Shown one piece after another: positions 16,416 through 25,157 of a stretch of DNA of 57,993 nucleotides; within the stretch, counting starts at the first letter, position 1; every line of letters begins with the position of its first letter. This stretch comes from an uncultured Gammaproteobacteria bacterium (GTDB lineage: Bacteria; Patescibacteriota; Microgenomatia; Levybacterales; GWA1-39-11). Both the position numbers and the translations under genes were made by a program. The notes beneath the pieces were generated by a model that saw nothing but the letters and a program-made list of their open reading frames with translations, searched no databases and had not been told where the DNA came from. The stretch covers positions 1-57,993 of the forward strand of contig CAYVKP010000005.1 in assembly GCA_964452165.1 (NCBI GenBank). Direction: 5' to 3'.

Positions 16416-18269
16416 TTATTGTCCGGTGCAGTAACCGGTCTGGGGAAGCTCGTGTTCGTTGAGCGTAACCTTGAGGCCCTTGCCTGTAATGGCCATGGCC
16501 TGGCTACAGCTGTTAGCGAACTGGCTGCCCCACGACGTACCGCATGGAGACGTCCACGCGTCCATAGTCACCAGGTCATCCGCCGGATTAGGCGAAACGC
16601 CAACCCAGAGGGCCTGGTTGAGATGCTCGAGAACGAAGAACTGGACGGTCCCGTCCGACACGTTGGTCAGACGAAGGATCGCCGCGACTCCGGCATCGAG
16701 CGTAGTGCCACGCGTGACACGTGCCATACCCTGGTTGCAGTCGGTTGACTGGGATTCCAAGGTCCCGGCCGGCGCGACTTGACCGTAAACGATCCTGGGC
16801 GCATTGCCCGTAGGACCGGCAGGCTTTGACACGAAGGCGCCGAGTGGCGACTTCATGACCGCTTCTCTGTTTGCCGTTTGATCGACAGCCGGAGGCTGCG
16901 TGCTTACGGCAGGAGGAAGCGGACTTGCGGCCAGAGCCTGTGACGACTCGAAAGAAGCCGCGTACGTCTGCGAGACGTTCTGCGCATTAACTTGCTGTGC
17001 ACCGGGTTGAGTCGGTGTCTGAACGGGAACGCCGCCGCCACACATGCCGGGCTGTGCCGGTGTATAGGTGACAGCACTAAACGTGGCTGGATCCTCGGCC
17101 TTGCGGCGAGGTCCCAGTTCGCAGGCTTCGCGCCGTGCGGTTTCCGCTGAGTCGTGACCGATCCAGCAGTTGTTGTTGGGTCCGGCCGTGAAGGCAACGC
17201 CACTAACACCACCGTAGACGACGGCAGTGTGCTTGTCCCAGTTGATGGCCTCAAAGACACCAATGGTGTTACTTTGGACGGTCTCGCCGTTGGTGCAGGC
17301 TCGGGTCACCGATTGTGAAGGCGGAGCCGTGTTAGGCGGTACCGGAGCCTGAGGCCGAGTAGCCGGGGGCGGTGCCTGCTGTGGTTGCGAAACCACAGGT
17401 TGTTGAACCGGAGCAGGTGCAGACCTGGGCGGAGCCGGGGGGCTCTGGACAGGCTGTTGAACCGGTTGCTGAACCACCACGGGTTGCTGAACCTGAGGCT
17501 GGGCAGGGACCTGCTGTGGTGGCGGAGCCGGAGCCTGAGGCCGAGGCGGAGCCGCGGATTGCGGATTCTGCCTCATTTGTTCGGCAAGCCTGCTGCCTTG
17601 CGTGTAATGCTCGACGGTGTCATTGAGCTTTGTGGCTCTCATGTACACTGCCGGGTTGACGGAGGTCACCTGCGGGGTGCCGATCACCTGGTACCTGGCG
17701 TCGCAGATGCCGCCGGGGACGGTTTCAGCTGTACTCTGATCGTTGAGGAACATGTTCTCGTTGTAGTTGCCCGGGGTGCCTTGTACTCTCCAGCGCTGTA
17801 GTGTCACGCAACCGCCGGAGAACATCTCGCCCGGGTTGTCGTAGCGCCAGGCCAAAACCCCGAAAGGCGGACATCCTCCGAAATCGGGATGACACACCTT
17901 GACCTCCTCGGCGTTGAGGCCGACGAAGATTTTGGTGGTGCTGTACCTTCCTGGTGCCCAGTTGGTTACGGCTATCACGGCAAGGTCGCCAGGGTTGACG
18001 TCATGGCCTTCCGTGATTTCTTCGAACTTGCCATCCGGTATTCCAGAGTCCTTGAGAGCATCGTTAACGGACGTCCTCAGCTGCGTGAACTGTTCGCGCA
18101 GAAGAGCGTCGTTGGTGCTCGATGCGGCTGATGGTTCGGCGGTTTGGCCGAGTGGCGACTGCTGCTGTTGGGTAGCTTTCGCTTCCTTTGATGATACGCT
18201 CAGCGCTCCGACGACAATGATCGCCAAAAGCATGAGACCACCGAAGGACGCGAGCAGTTTCAATGGCAT
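16416..18269 (-). CDS. Secreted 617-aa protein with a Pro/Gln-rich low-complexity core and a C-terminal domain shared with the 840-aa protein
   Basis: AAGGAGGAGG SD. Signal or TM segment LLASFGGLMLLAIIVVGALSV. C-terminal blocks KPAGPTGNAP, AAILRL, GTVQ, MDAWTSPC and LKVTL match 6406..8928. Confidence 0.85.
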   Translation of the reverse strand: MPLKLLASFGGLMLLAIIVVGALSVSSKEAKATQQQQSPLGQTAEPSAASSTNDALLREQFTQLRTSVNDALKDSGIPDGKFEEITEGHDVNPGDLAVIAVTNWAPGRYSTTKIFVGLNAEEVKVCHPDFGGCPPFGVLAWRYDNPGEMFSGGCVTLQRWRVQGTPGNYNENMFLNDQSTAETVPGGICDARYQVIGTPQVTSVNPAVYMRATKLNDTVEHYTQGSRLAEQMRQNPQSAAPPRPQAPAPPPQQVPAQPQVQQPVVVQQPVQQPVQSPPAPPRSAPAPVQQPVVSQPQQAPPPATRPQAPVPPNTAPPSQSVTRACTNGETVQSNTIGVFEAINWDKHTAVVYGGVSGVAFTAGPNNNCWIGHDSAETARREACELGPRRKAEDPATFSAVTYTPAQPGMCGGGVPVQTPTQPGAQQVNAQNVSQTYAASFESSQALAASPLPPAVSTQPPAVDQTANREAVMKSPLGAFVSKPAGPTGNAPRIVYGQVAPAGTLESQSTDCNQGMARVTRGTTLDAGVAAILRLTNVSDGTVQFFVLEHLNQALWVGVSPNPADDLVTMDAWTSPCGTSWGSQFANSCSQAMAITGKGLKVTLNEHELPQTGYCTGQ

Positions 18270-18629
18270 TTCGTGCCTCCTCCTTGGGTTAGTCTAAAAA
18301 CACTACCTTCATTTACGCATGCAAGCGGTATCGACATACCTATCTACGCTCTCTGGCGAAGACAACTATTCTTGCATTTTATCGTGCGCTGCTGAAGGTG
18401 ACTCCATCTGTTTTAACGTCTTTTCGAGTATTTCTACTTATAGACCACTTTGGTCAGACGTTGTTCCAGGACGGATAACACCCGCTGTACATGAACTTGC
18501 CTTGCGGCTCGTCCACAATTTCTATGAGTCCTCTGCCCTTGGGCTCATAAATACGCACAGCAGGTAGTACCCGTCCTGGATATTGGGATAAAAATGATTC
18601 CTGTAAGAAATCCCGATCAAATCGGGATC

Positions 18630-18643
18630 CCTACTACCTTGTC
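18630..18643 (-). repeat. Right terminal inverted repeat of block C (CCTACTACCTTGTC)
   Basis: Reverse complement of 15260-15273. Preceded by the ATCCCGAT-CAA-ATCGGGAT hairpin at 18610-18628. Confidence 0.75.
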
Positions 18644-19193
18644 AAAGAACAAAACGTTGGATTTGAGAACTGAGCAATATGCAAAAATTGCTGTTCTAAA
18701 ATGCAACTTCCTGAATCTAAATTAAGATCAGGGAAGGTAGCTTTTTGAGGGGATTGAGAGGAAAAAAGAGGCAAAAAAAGGGCAACGTAGCAGGCATAAC
18801 GGGCAAAAGCTACTATCTCTACTCTTAATTTTTTCTACTTATATCAGGTGGGCAGCGTTTTCTTGTGTGATTCTTGCAAGAAATCAAACAAAAATCTGAT
18901 AATTGGGACAGGAAAAAGCATTATAGCACCACAAATTGAGGCTGTCAAATATTATAGGTTTATAAAATCACTACGTTCGCTTTTTCTTAAAAATAGTTGC
19001 TAACAAAGTCTTATCATATGATGCAATTTGTAATAAAAAAATGCAGAAAATATGGTATGTCAATACGCAAAATAAAAATCCCAAAGTTATCCACATATTT
19101 TTTTACTATTTTATTTTAGCTTGTAAAATCAATCAAAATTGCTCTGCAAATAACTCTAGGCCTATCACTTTTTGAGGCTAAAAATGCTATAGG

Positions 19194-19222
19194 TTGTCCA
19201 CTTCACCAAATTGTGCTATACT
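19194..19222 (+). promoter_or_regulatory. Sigma70-like promoter (TTGTCC-N17-TGcTATACT)
   Basis: Extended -10 element. It lies 11 nt upstream of the ATG at 19234. Confidence 0.45.
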
Positions 19223-19233
19223 ACAAAAAGATC

Positions 19234-19383
19234 ATGAAAATCTTAAAAATGTTCGCAAAAAAGAAAGCGGAAAGACGCAACTCCATTACGGATTTCTATC
19301 AACAGTCTGTTGAGAAGATTGGACGAGATCAGATTAAGAAAATTGTTGAACGTGGTTTGAGCATGCCGGTCGGTATGCTTTAA
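19234..19383 (+). CDS. Small basic protein (49 aa; below the ORF-track cutoff)
   Basis: Hand translation: MKILKMFAKKKAERRNSITDFYQQSVEKIGRDQIKKIVERGLSMPVGML. A promoter lies directly upstream. It is the only plausible ORF in a 1.45-kb non-coding stretch. Confidence 0.4.
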   Translation: MKILKMFAKKKAERRNSITDFYQQSVEKIGRDQIKKIVERGLSMPVGML

Positions 19384-19769
19384 ACAAAGAGCTTTGTTCT
19401 TTTAAAAAGTAGAGACTTTAGGCCCTTTTAGGAAACTTGGGGCAAGCAGGAATAGAAATTAAAACAAAAGAAAAAGAGCATCACTTTCGCTACTGTGTAA
19501 ATAAATCCTTAAGTACGAAAAGCAATGCTCTTTTAAAAAGTAAGCTTTAGTCTTTAGGCAGGAAAAGACTATGCTATTGACAGTAAAATTAACACTTGTG
19601 AAAATTATTGTCAAGAAAAGTTGATGAAGCAAAAAACATCAATTTAGCAAGTCTTAAGAGCATTTTTCATGCCAAAATTCCGAAGCTGAAGTTTTAATAC
19701 GGGTCCCCAATTTCGACGAAATTGGGGAAAACAGGGTAGTCTATCGTTAATTATTTTCTTAGCTTAGAT

Positions 19770-19828
19770 GGGTCGGACCGAGTGAAATGAGGGAGACCGG
19801 CTGCGAACAAAGTTGTCACAGCGGTGGT
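19770..19828 (+). repeat. GC-rich element of about 60 nt, copy 1 (candidate small structured RNA or miniature repeat)
   Basis: The blocks GGGTCGGACCGA, GGGAGACCGGCTGCGA and ACAGCGGTGGT are collinear with the inverted copy at 27479-27541. The segments between the blocks differ. Confidence 0.65.
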
Positions 19829-20056
19829 TCCTTTTTGGCAGGGTCCGTTAATTGTTTTTTTAATGGGGATAGGTGAGTTGGGCAGGCTTACTTATTCCCA
19901 CCTAAGGAAACAATAACGGATTCTTCGAAACAATTAACGGACCGAGATTACTTATTCCCTTTTAAACTAAGGAGCACAAGAATTTACTACGATACTCTAC
20001 CCCTTTTTGCTGTAAATTTTAACAATAAGATAACTTACTACGTTTTAAAGAGGAAA

Positions 20057-20093
20057 TGTGAAAATCGGGCCATTTTCGCTCCAAATTTTCACA
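20057..20093 (-). terminator. Possible hairpin terminator downstream of 20099..20971
   Basis: TGTGAAAAT (20057-20065) pairs with ATTTTCACA (20085-20093). The loop is 19 nt and the downstream T-tract is weak. Confidence 0.3.
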
Positions 20094-20098
20094 AGTTT

Positions 20099-20971
20099 TT
20101 ATTGTTCTGCGGTTTTTATTTTTGAGAAGAGAATTTTTCCGGCATCGGTCTGAATAATCCGCGAGACCGTAACCCCAATCGTTTTTCCAATATGGACTTT
20201 GCCTTGCTCAACAACGAGCATTGTTCCGTCCGGCAAATACCCAACTCCCTGATTTTCTCCTTTTCCGGCCTGCACAATCTTTACAAAAAATTCTTCACCC
20301 GGCAAAGCCGTAGTCTTCAAAATATTTGTCATCTCGTAAAGATCTACTGATGTCACGCCTGAAATTCTTGCCTTTTTGCTCAGATTGTAATCGCATGTAA
20401 TAATTCTTCCCTTATGTTTTTTTGCATGGTCTATAATTGCCTCATCAACCGGTTTTCCGGTCTCATCAGGCACGATTTTTACTTTCATGCCGCGAAGTTT
20501 TTTAAATTTATCAAGCGCATCCATTGCTCGTCTACCTCGTTCTTTCTTAAGCCCGTCTTTTGAGTCTGCAATATTTTTAAGCTCTGATAGGACACTTTCA
20601 AGAACAATAAAAGTTCCGTAAAGTGCTCCTATTTTTGCCAAATCAAAAGTTCTCATATCAATAATTGCCGATGTATCAAGGAACACGGGGTTCTCAAGTT
20701 TTTTGTTCGATTTGGTAGTTTTTCTTCTCCTGATAAGAACTTTTTGAGTGACAACTTTTCCCACTTCATCGGCAATTTGGCGAACAACTCGTGGTGGAAG
20801 CATTATGTTGTGAAGTATCATCTCAGCTGCCTGCTCTGCTTGCCCGGAGACAGCACTTAATGCTCTTGCTCCTCTAGATTTTCTTCCTGTTAAACTTTTC
20901 TTGCCACTTTTGCTCTTTTTCTTTGCAGGTGTTGCCATTGCATATACGGGAATTTTGACCTGGTCTTTCAT
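20099..20971 (-). CDS. PIN/TRAM-domain protein (YacL-like)
   Basis: VFLDTSAIIDMR is a PIN-type motif. The C-terminal TRAM-like beta segment is GVGYLPDGTMLVVEQG. Overlaps the radA stop by 4 nt, which is the usual radA-yacL neighbourhood. Confidence 0.6.
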   Translation of the reverse strand: MKDQVKIPVYAMATPAKKKSKSGKKSLTGRKSRGARALSAVSGQAEQAAEMILHNIMLPPRVVRQIADEVGKVVTQKVLIRRRKTTKSNKKLENPVFLDTSAIIDMRTFDLAKIGALYGTFIVLESVLSELKNIADSKDGLKKERGRRAMDALDKFKKLRGMKVKIVPDETGKPVDEAIIDHAKKHKGRIITCDYNLSKKARISGVTSVDLYEMTNILKTTALPGEEFFVKIVQAGKGENQGVGYLPDGTMLVVEQGKVHIGKTIGVTVSRIIQTDAGKILFSKIKTAEQ

Positions 20972-22284
20972 AAGTTTTTCATTATATCATTTAAATGTCC
21001 GCCGGAAGCTTTTGAAATTATATTTTTAAAACCAAGCCTTTTTGCTTCCTTAATTCTCACACTTTCATTTAAAACATTTTTAAGTTCTGCAAGAAGTCCC
21101 ACTTCTCCTATCGCCACTGCCGATCTTAGGGGCACGTTTTTAAACGATGATACAACTGCCATACAAACTGCCAAGTCTACAGCAGTTTCAGTGATTTTAA
21201 GTCCGCCAACAACATTTACAAAAACGTCCATGCGGTCCAAGGGCAATTTCAGGTGCTTTTGCATAACCGCCAGCAGTAGCTCGAGTCTCTTATCAACAAT
21301 TCCACTTGAAACTCTTCTTGCGAAGGATAAATTAGTTGGAACGGTTAAAGCTTGGATTTCAACAATTATAGGCCGGGATCCTTCCATTACAACCGTGAGA
21401 CACGATCCAGGGACGGCTTTTTTATCTCGCTCTATGAAGAAATTGGCAGTGTCTGAAATTTCTGCAAGTCCCTTCTCTTCCATTGTAAAAATACCGACTT
21501 CTGATGTATCTCCAAAACGATTCTTAAAAGCACGCAGAATTTTTGTACCAGTGAGCTCCTGCCCTTCAAGATATAAAACACAATCTACCATATGTGCCAA
21601 AAGCTGAGGGCCGGCAACAACTCCTTCTTTTGTAACGTGCCCGATTATAAATACCGGAACCCCTTCTCTTTTGGCAAAAGAAACGATTCGTGAAGTCGCA
21701 TGACGCAGTTGGGGAAGTGATCCGGCAAAACCGGGAAATTCTACCGAAGACATGGTTTGAATAGAATCAATTATCAAAAGGTCCGGCTTGGTATTTTCCG
21801 CTGCATTTATGACCTGATCGATATCTCCGTTTGAAAAAATTAGTAGGTCGCTTACTGCACTGCTTTTACCAATTCTCTCAGCTCTGATTTTAATCTGCCC
21901 CTCCGATTCTTCTCCCGAGACATAAAGCACCTTCTTTTTTTTGGCAAAATTCATTGCAACCTGAAGCAAAAGCGTTGATTTGCCAATTCCCGGATCTCCC
22001 GAGAGAAGAACAGCAGAACCGGCGACTATTCCACCTCCCAAAACCCTATCGAACTCAGCAAGACCCGTTGTAGAGCGCGAGATTCCTGAGCTTTTTACCT
22101 TGGCCAAACTTACGGGAGCAGCGGATGTTGCCAAGTCAATTATTGGAGATGATTTTTTGCTAGGTGAGGGCGGGGCTGCAACCTCTGTGAAAGTGTTCCA
22201 AGAAGAACAATCAGGACACCGGCCAAGCCATTTACCTGATTCGTAACCGCAGGAAGAACAAACAAATTTGGTTTTTGAAGCCAT
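20968..22284 (-). CDS. radA: DNA repair protein RadA/Sms
   Basis: N-terminal zinc ribbon CSSCGYESGKWLGRCPDCSSWNTF. Walker A GDPGIGKST. KNRFG motif. Lon-like C-terminal domain. Confidence 0.95.
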   Translation of the reverse strand: MASKTKFVCSSCGYESGKWLGRCPDCSSWNTFTEVAAPPSPSKKSSPIIDLATSAAPVSLAKVKSSGISRSTTGLAEFDRVLGGGIVAGSAVLLSGDPGIGKSTLLLQVAMNFAKKKKVLYVSGEESEGQIKIRAERIGKSSAVSDLLIFSNGDIDQVINAAENTKPDLLIIDSIQTMSSVEFPGFAGSLPQLRHATSRIVSFAKREGVPVFIIGHVTKEGVVAGPQLLAHMVDCVLYLEGQELTGTKILRAFKNRFGDTSEVGIFTMEEKGLAEISDTANFFIERDKKAVPGSCLTVVMEGSRPIIVEIQALTVPTNLSFARRVSSGIVDKRLELLLAVMQKHLKLPLDRMDVFVNVVGGLKITETAVDLAVCMAVVSSFKNVPLRSAVAIGEVGLLAELKNVLNESVRIKEAKRLGFKNIISKASGGHLNDIMKNL

Positions 22285-22316
22285 AAATAATACCTAATTA
22301 GATAATCTGACTCAAA

Positions 22317-23390
22317 TTAGCGGTAACCTATTGGTACAGCCTTCAGAACCGGCGAGAGGAGAATAACACGGCGGCGAGAATCTATATCAACAACCTCTGC
22401 TTGGAGAGTTTGTCCGGGAGTATAAGTTGCGCCTGTCGGAATCTTATCTGATGGAATAAGACCCTTAATTCCTTCTTCAATCATAACGTTGACGCCGCGT
22501 GCCTTTACATCAACAACGGTTACGCTAATCTTGTCTTCCGGCTTGTATTTCTCGCGTATTGTTTCAAAAACGTCTTTGAGGGTTTTCTTAATTGAAAGAT
22601 TCACACGTTTGCTTGTCTCGTCCAACGCGAGTACCTCAGCCTTTACCTTTTCTCCTACCTTAAAACGAGACGCAAGATCCTCAACTCGCTCAAAAGCAAT
22701 CTCTGAGATGTGAATAAAACCTTCAATCTTAACGTCTTTCTCGGGCGTTATCAAAACGTAAAGTCCATACGGCGTAATTGATGAAATCTCAACTTCTATA
22801 ACCTGACCGGACTTAATGTGCTTTTGGATACTTGCAGGGCTTGTCGTGAAAGTAACGGCTTTCTGGGAGAAAACTACTCTTTTTTTAGCGCGATCAAATT
22901 CGATTATCTTTACCTTTATCTTCTGGCCTACCAAATCCTGTCCATCAACAACTTGGGAAGTAGGTAAAAATCCTTTTATACCTACGCTTGTCTGCGCAAA
23001 ATATCCGCCGCGGGTCTGCTCTACTATCTCAACCTCAAAAGCCTCTTCATTCTTAACAAATGTTTCAAATTTCTTGAAAATTATGTCGTCGAGTGTTCGG
23101 CGAAGTGAAACAACCGGAAATCCTTCCTCGGCTTCAGGCGAAATGACTGAGGCCTGAACTCGGTCTCCGACTTTAAGAAATGAAAGAAGATTTTCAAGAT
23201 TTTGCCTATCATATTCAATAACCAGAGCATCTGCCTTGCCGTCGATGTCCATGAGAATCTCTTTTGAAGTAAGTTTTTTGATTGTTCCTTCAATAATTTG
23301 TCCTTTTTTAAGAACGTTGAGGGATTGACCTGACCGCGCCATAAGCTCGGCCATTGATTGTGCGGGTTTATTTGAAGTTGAATTTGCCAC
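22317..23390 (-). CDS. S1 RNA-binding-domain repeat protein (ribosomal protein S1-like)
   Basis: Four tandem S1-like units (G..I.G.V......G..V.L...G..GL/F.P.S). GTG start with a GAAGGT SD-like element. Confidence 0.75.
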   Translation of the reverse strand: MANSTSNKPAQSMAELMARSGQSLNVLKKGQIIEGTIKKLTSKEILMDIDGKADALVIEYDRQNLENLLSFLKVGDRVQASVISPEAEEGFPVVSLRRTLDDIIFKKFETFVKNEEAFEVEIVEQTRGGYFAQTSVGIKGFLPTSQVVDGQDLVGQKIKVKIIEFDRAKKRVVFSQKAVTFTTSPASIQKHIKSGQVIEVEISSITPYGLYVLITPEKDVKIEGFIHISEIAFERVEDLASRFKVGEKVKAEVLALDETSKRVNLSIKKTLKDVFETIREKYKPEDKISVTVVDVKARGVNVMIEEGIKGLIPSDKIPTGATYTPGQTLQAEVVDIDSRRRVILLSPVLKAVPIGYR

Positions 23391-23503
23391 TCATTGTTAC
23401 CTTCTTTCTATTTAAGCTGGCTCTATTTTAACACAACTTGAGCCCACGATCAATCTAAGCTATTGAAATGGCCTAGATTTTGCCTGTGCTGAAAAATTCG
23501 AAG

Positions 23504-23533
23504 TTTACACTGAGATTTTCGAAGTGCTATAAT
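23504..23533 (+). promoter_or_regulatory. Promoter TTTACA-N18-TATAAT, 6 nt upstream of the ATG at 23540 (implies a leaderless mRNA)
   Basis: The consensus -10 box lies inside the longer track ORF (23480). This argues for the internal ATG as the true start. Confidence 0.5.
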
Positions 23534-23539
23534 CGGTTT

Positions 23540-24091
23540 ATGGCTGACAGTTTGAAACTTGAGGATATAAACGAGGAGAGCCGCGGCAAAATCTACATTC
23601 AGGATTATTCAGCAAAACCGCAGATTTCTGGAGTAAAGATTATTCCGGTTAAAAATTTTGTCGGGGAGGACGGGGATTTTTCAGAGATAATCCGAATGGA
23701 AAATGGGAAAATTGAGGGGTTTGAGACCTTCAACGTTGAACAGGTAAACCGCTCCAAGCTTCTTGCTAATGCAATTAAGGGCTGGCATCTCCACTTTGGT
23801 CAGGACGATATTTTCTATTTGCCTCCGTCTGATTCTTTACTCGTAGGACTTTGGGATTTGAGGAAAAATTCCGAGACCAACGGCGTATCAATGAAAATTA
23901 CTCTTGGCGCAGGTCAGTCTTCTCTGCTCTTCATTCCAAGAGGAGTTGCGCACGGAATGACAAATGTATCCGGTGAATCCATTGATCTTTTCTACTTTGT
24001 TAATCAGCAATTCAACACAAGTGATCCTGACGAACGAAGACTTCCCTGGGACTGCCTAGGCGCAGATTTTTGGACCCCTCAAAAAGATTAA
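23540..24091 (+). CDS. dTDP-4-dehydrorhamnose 3,5-epimerase-like cupin (RmlC family)
   Basis: The blocks KGWHLH...Q.D and IPRGVAHG are typical of RmlC-type epimerases. The start is moved to the ATG at 23540 on promoter evidence. Confidence 0.7.
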   Translation: MADSLKLEDINEESRGKIYIQDYSAKPQISGVKIIPVKNFVGEDGDFSEIIRMENGKIEGFETFNVEQVNRSKLLANAIKGWHLHFGQDDIFYLPPSDSLLVGLWDLRKNSETNGVSMKITLGAGQSSLLFIPRGVAHGMTNVSGESIDLFYFVNQQFNTSDPDERRLPWDCLGADFWTPQKD

Positions 24092-24143
24092 ATTCCTGTC
24101 ACATTCCGCAGACGCTTGTTATAATAGGCGCAATTGAAAGACC

Positions 24144-25112
24144 ATGGGTGTAAAAGCTGAAAGATCTATCTATTCGTTCCGAGGACGACTACCTTCGGTA
24201 GTTGAATCCCGCGGAAATTTTGAACAAATTTTTGCCGGACAAACGGCCAATATCACAGCACAGGATCCCAAAAGAGATGCTATGGTAGCTCGTGGGAGAG
24301 CCGCAATGGACAGTCTTTGGGCAGAAGCAAGAAGAGCGGCGGGAGTCAACCCTAATGATGAAACGGGAGGAATGTCACCCCAAGAAACTCTTCTATACCG
24401 GCAGGTCCCAGAAGACAAAACTATAAAACAACAGGTGCTTTTGGATACCCTTTTCCCAGAAAAAGATTTATTCGCTCAAAGAAAGATTTTCGGCGTTGTG
24501 AAAAACAAGCTTAACAAAAAGCTTGCTGAAATAGGAAAAGTCATCGTGAACGTAGGAGCAATTGGGGATGCCGAGTTTATCAAAATACCGCTTGACCAAT
24601 TAGAGACTGTGATAGAAAAATACAAAACGGAAAGAGAAGCTGCTGCGGCAGCAGCAAGTGAAAGAGCAAGACAAGAAGCAGAAAGTTTAAAACCCGGCGT
24701 ACGTCTTATTTCTTATTTACCACAAGACGTCCACGTGCCAGAAGTTGCCGCAGCAGAATTAGCGACATTAATGTTTCCCGATCATAAACTTGATACAGCA
24801 AGAAGCATGTTAAGCCGTTCGGCTAATGAGGCACGAACCAATTTGACAGCAATAGGCAGAACAGTAATATCAGTTGCAGTTGGGGGGTCTTATTTTTACG
24901 CGATAGTGAGAATCGAAGATGCCGAAAAAAGGCGCCGGGAAATATTTGAAAGACAGTATTGGAGACAAAAAAATGGTTGGCAAGATCATAAGAAAGACGC
25001 TTACATCAATGGAAAATATGGCGATCTAAGAGTCCCCGAGAATATGGAAGCCTACAAAAATGCTGCTGCTGAGGTAAGTAGAAGACTTAATGTTGCTGCG
25101 TCAAAAAAGTAA
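24144..25112 (+). CDS. Hypothetical protein with an internal duplication (322 aa)
   Basis: Long ORF. Two similar segments: LLDTLFPEKDL...LAEIGKVIVNVGA and LATLMFPDHKL...LTAIGRTVISVAV. Confidence 0.7.
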   Translation: MGVKAERSIYSFRGRLPSVVESRGNFEQIFAGQTANITAQDPKRDAMVARGRAAMDSLWAEARRAAGVNPNDETGGMSPQETLLYRQVPEDKTIKQQVLLDTLFPEKDLFAQRKIFGVVKNKLNKKLAEIGKVIVNVGAIGDAEFIKIPLDQLETVIEKYKTEREAAAAAASERARQEAESLKPGVRLISYLPQDVHVPEVAAAELATLMFPDHKLDTARSMLSRSANEARTNLTAIGRTVISVAVGGSYFYAIVRIEDAEKRRREIFERQYWRQKNGWQDHKKDAYINGKYGDLRVPENMEAYKNAAAEVSRRLNVAASKK

Positions 25113-25157
25113 TTTTGCTTACTGAATTGCTACGGATTAGTGATATGATTTTGCTAT

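Larger units (their letters stand above)
15260..18643. mobile_element. TIR-bounded 3.4-kb high-GC cassette with two cargo genes and no transposase (candidate non-autonomous element)
   Basis: The 14-bp perfect TIRs lie exactly at the two GC-composition breaks. Patchy inverted similarity extends about 80-110 nt inward. Cargo genes are 15529..16308 and 16416..18269. Confidence 0.55.

Noticed and set aside
18319-18567. An 82-aa plus-strand ORF at the right inner edge of block C.
   Set aside because: It has no SD, unlike every other block ORF. It lies in what is more likely the upstream region of the minus-strand 617-aa gene.
3404-19188. Shared TGAGGCTAAAAA and CTCTGCAAA words between 3335-3418 and 19135-19188, considered as evidence for a repeat family.
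   Set aside because: A 12-mer match is expected many times by chance in 58 kb of AT-biased sequence. The collinearity is suggestive but was found post hoc, so I do not rely on it.
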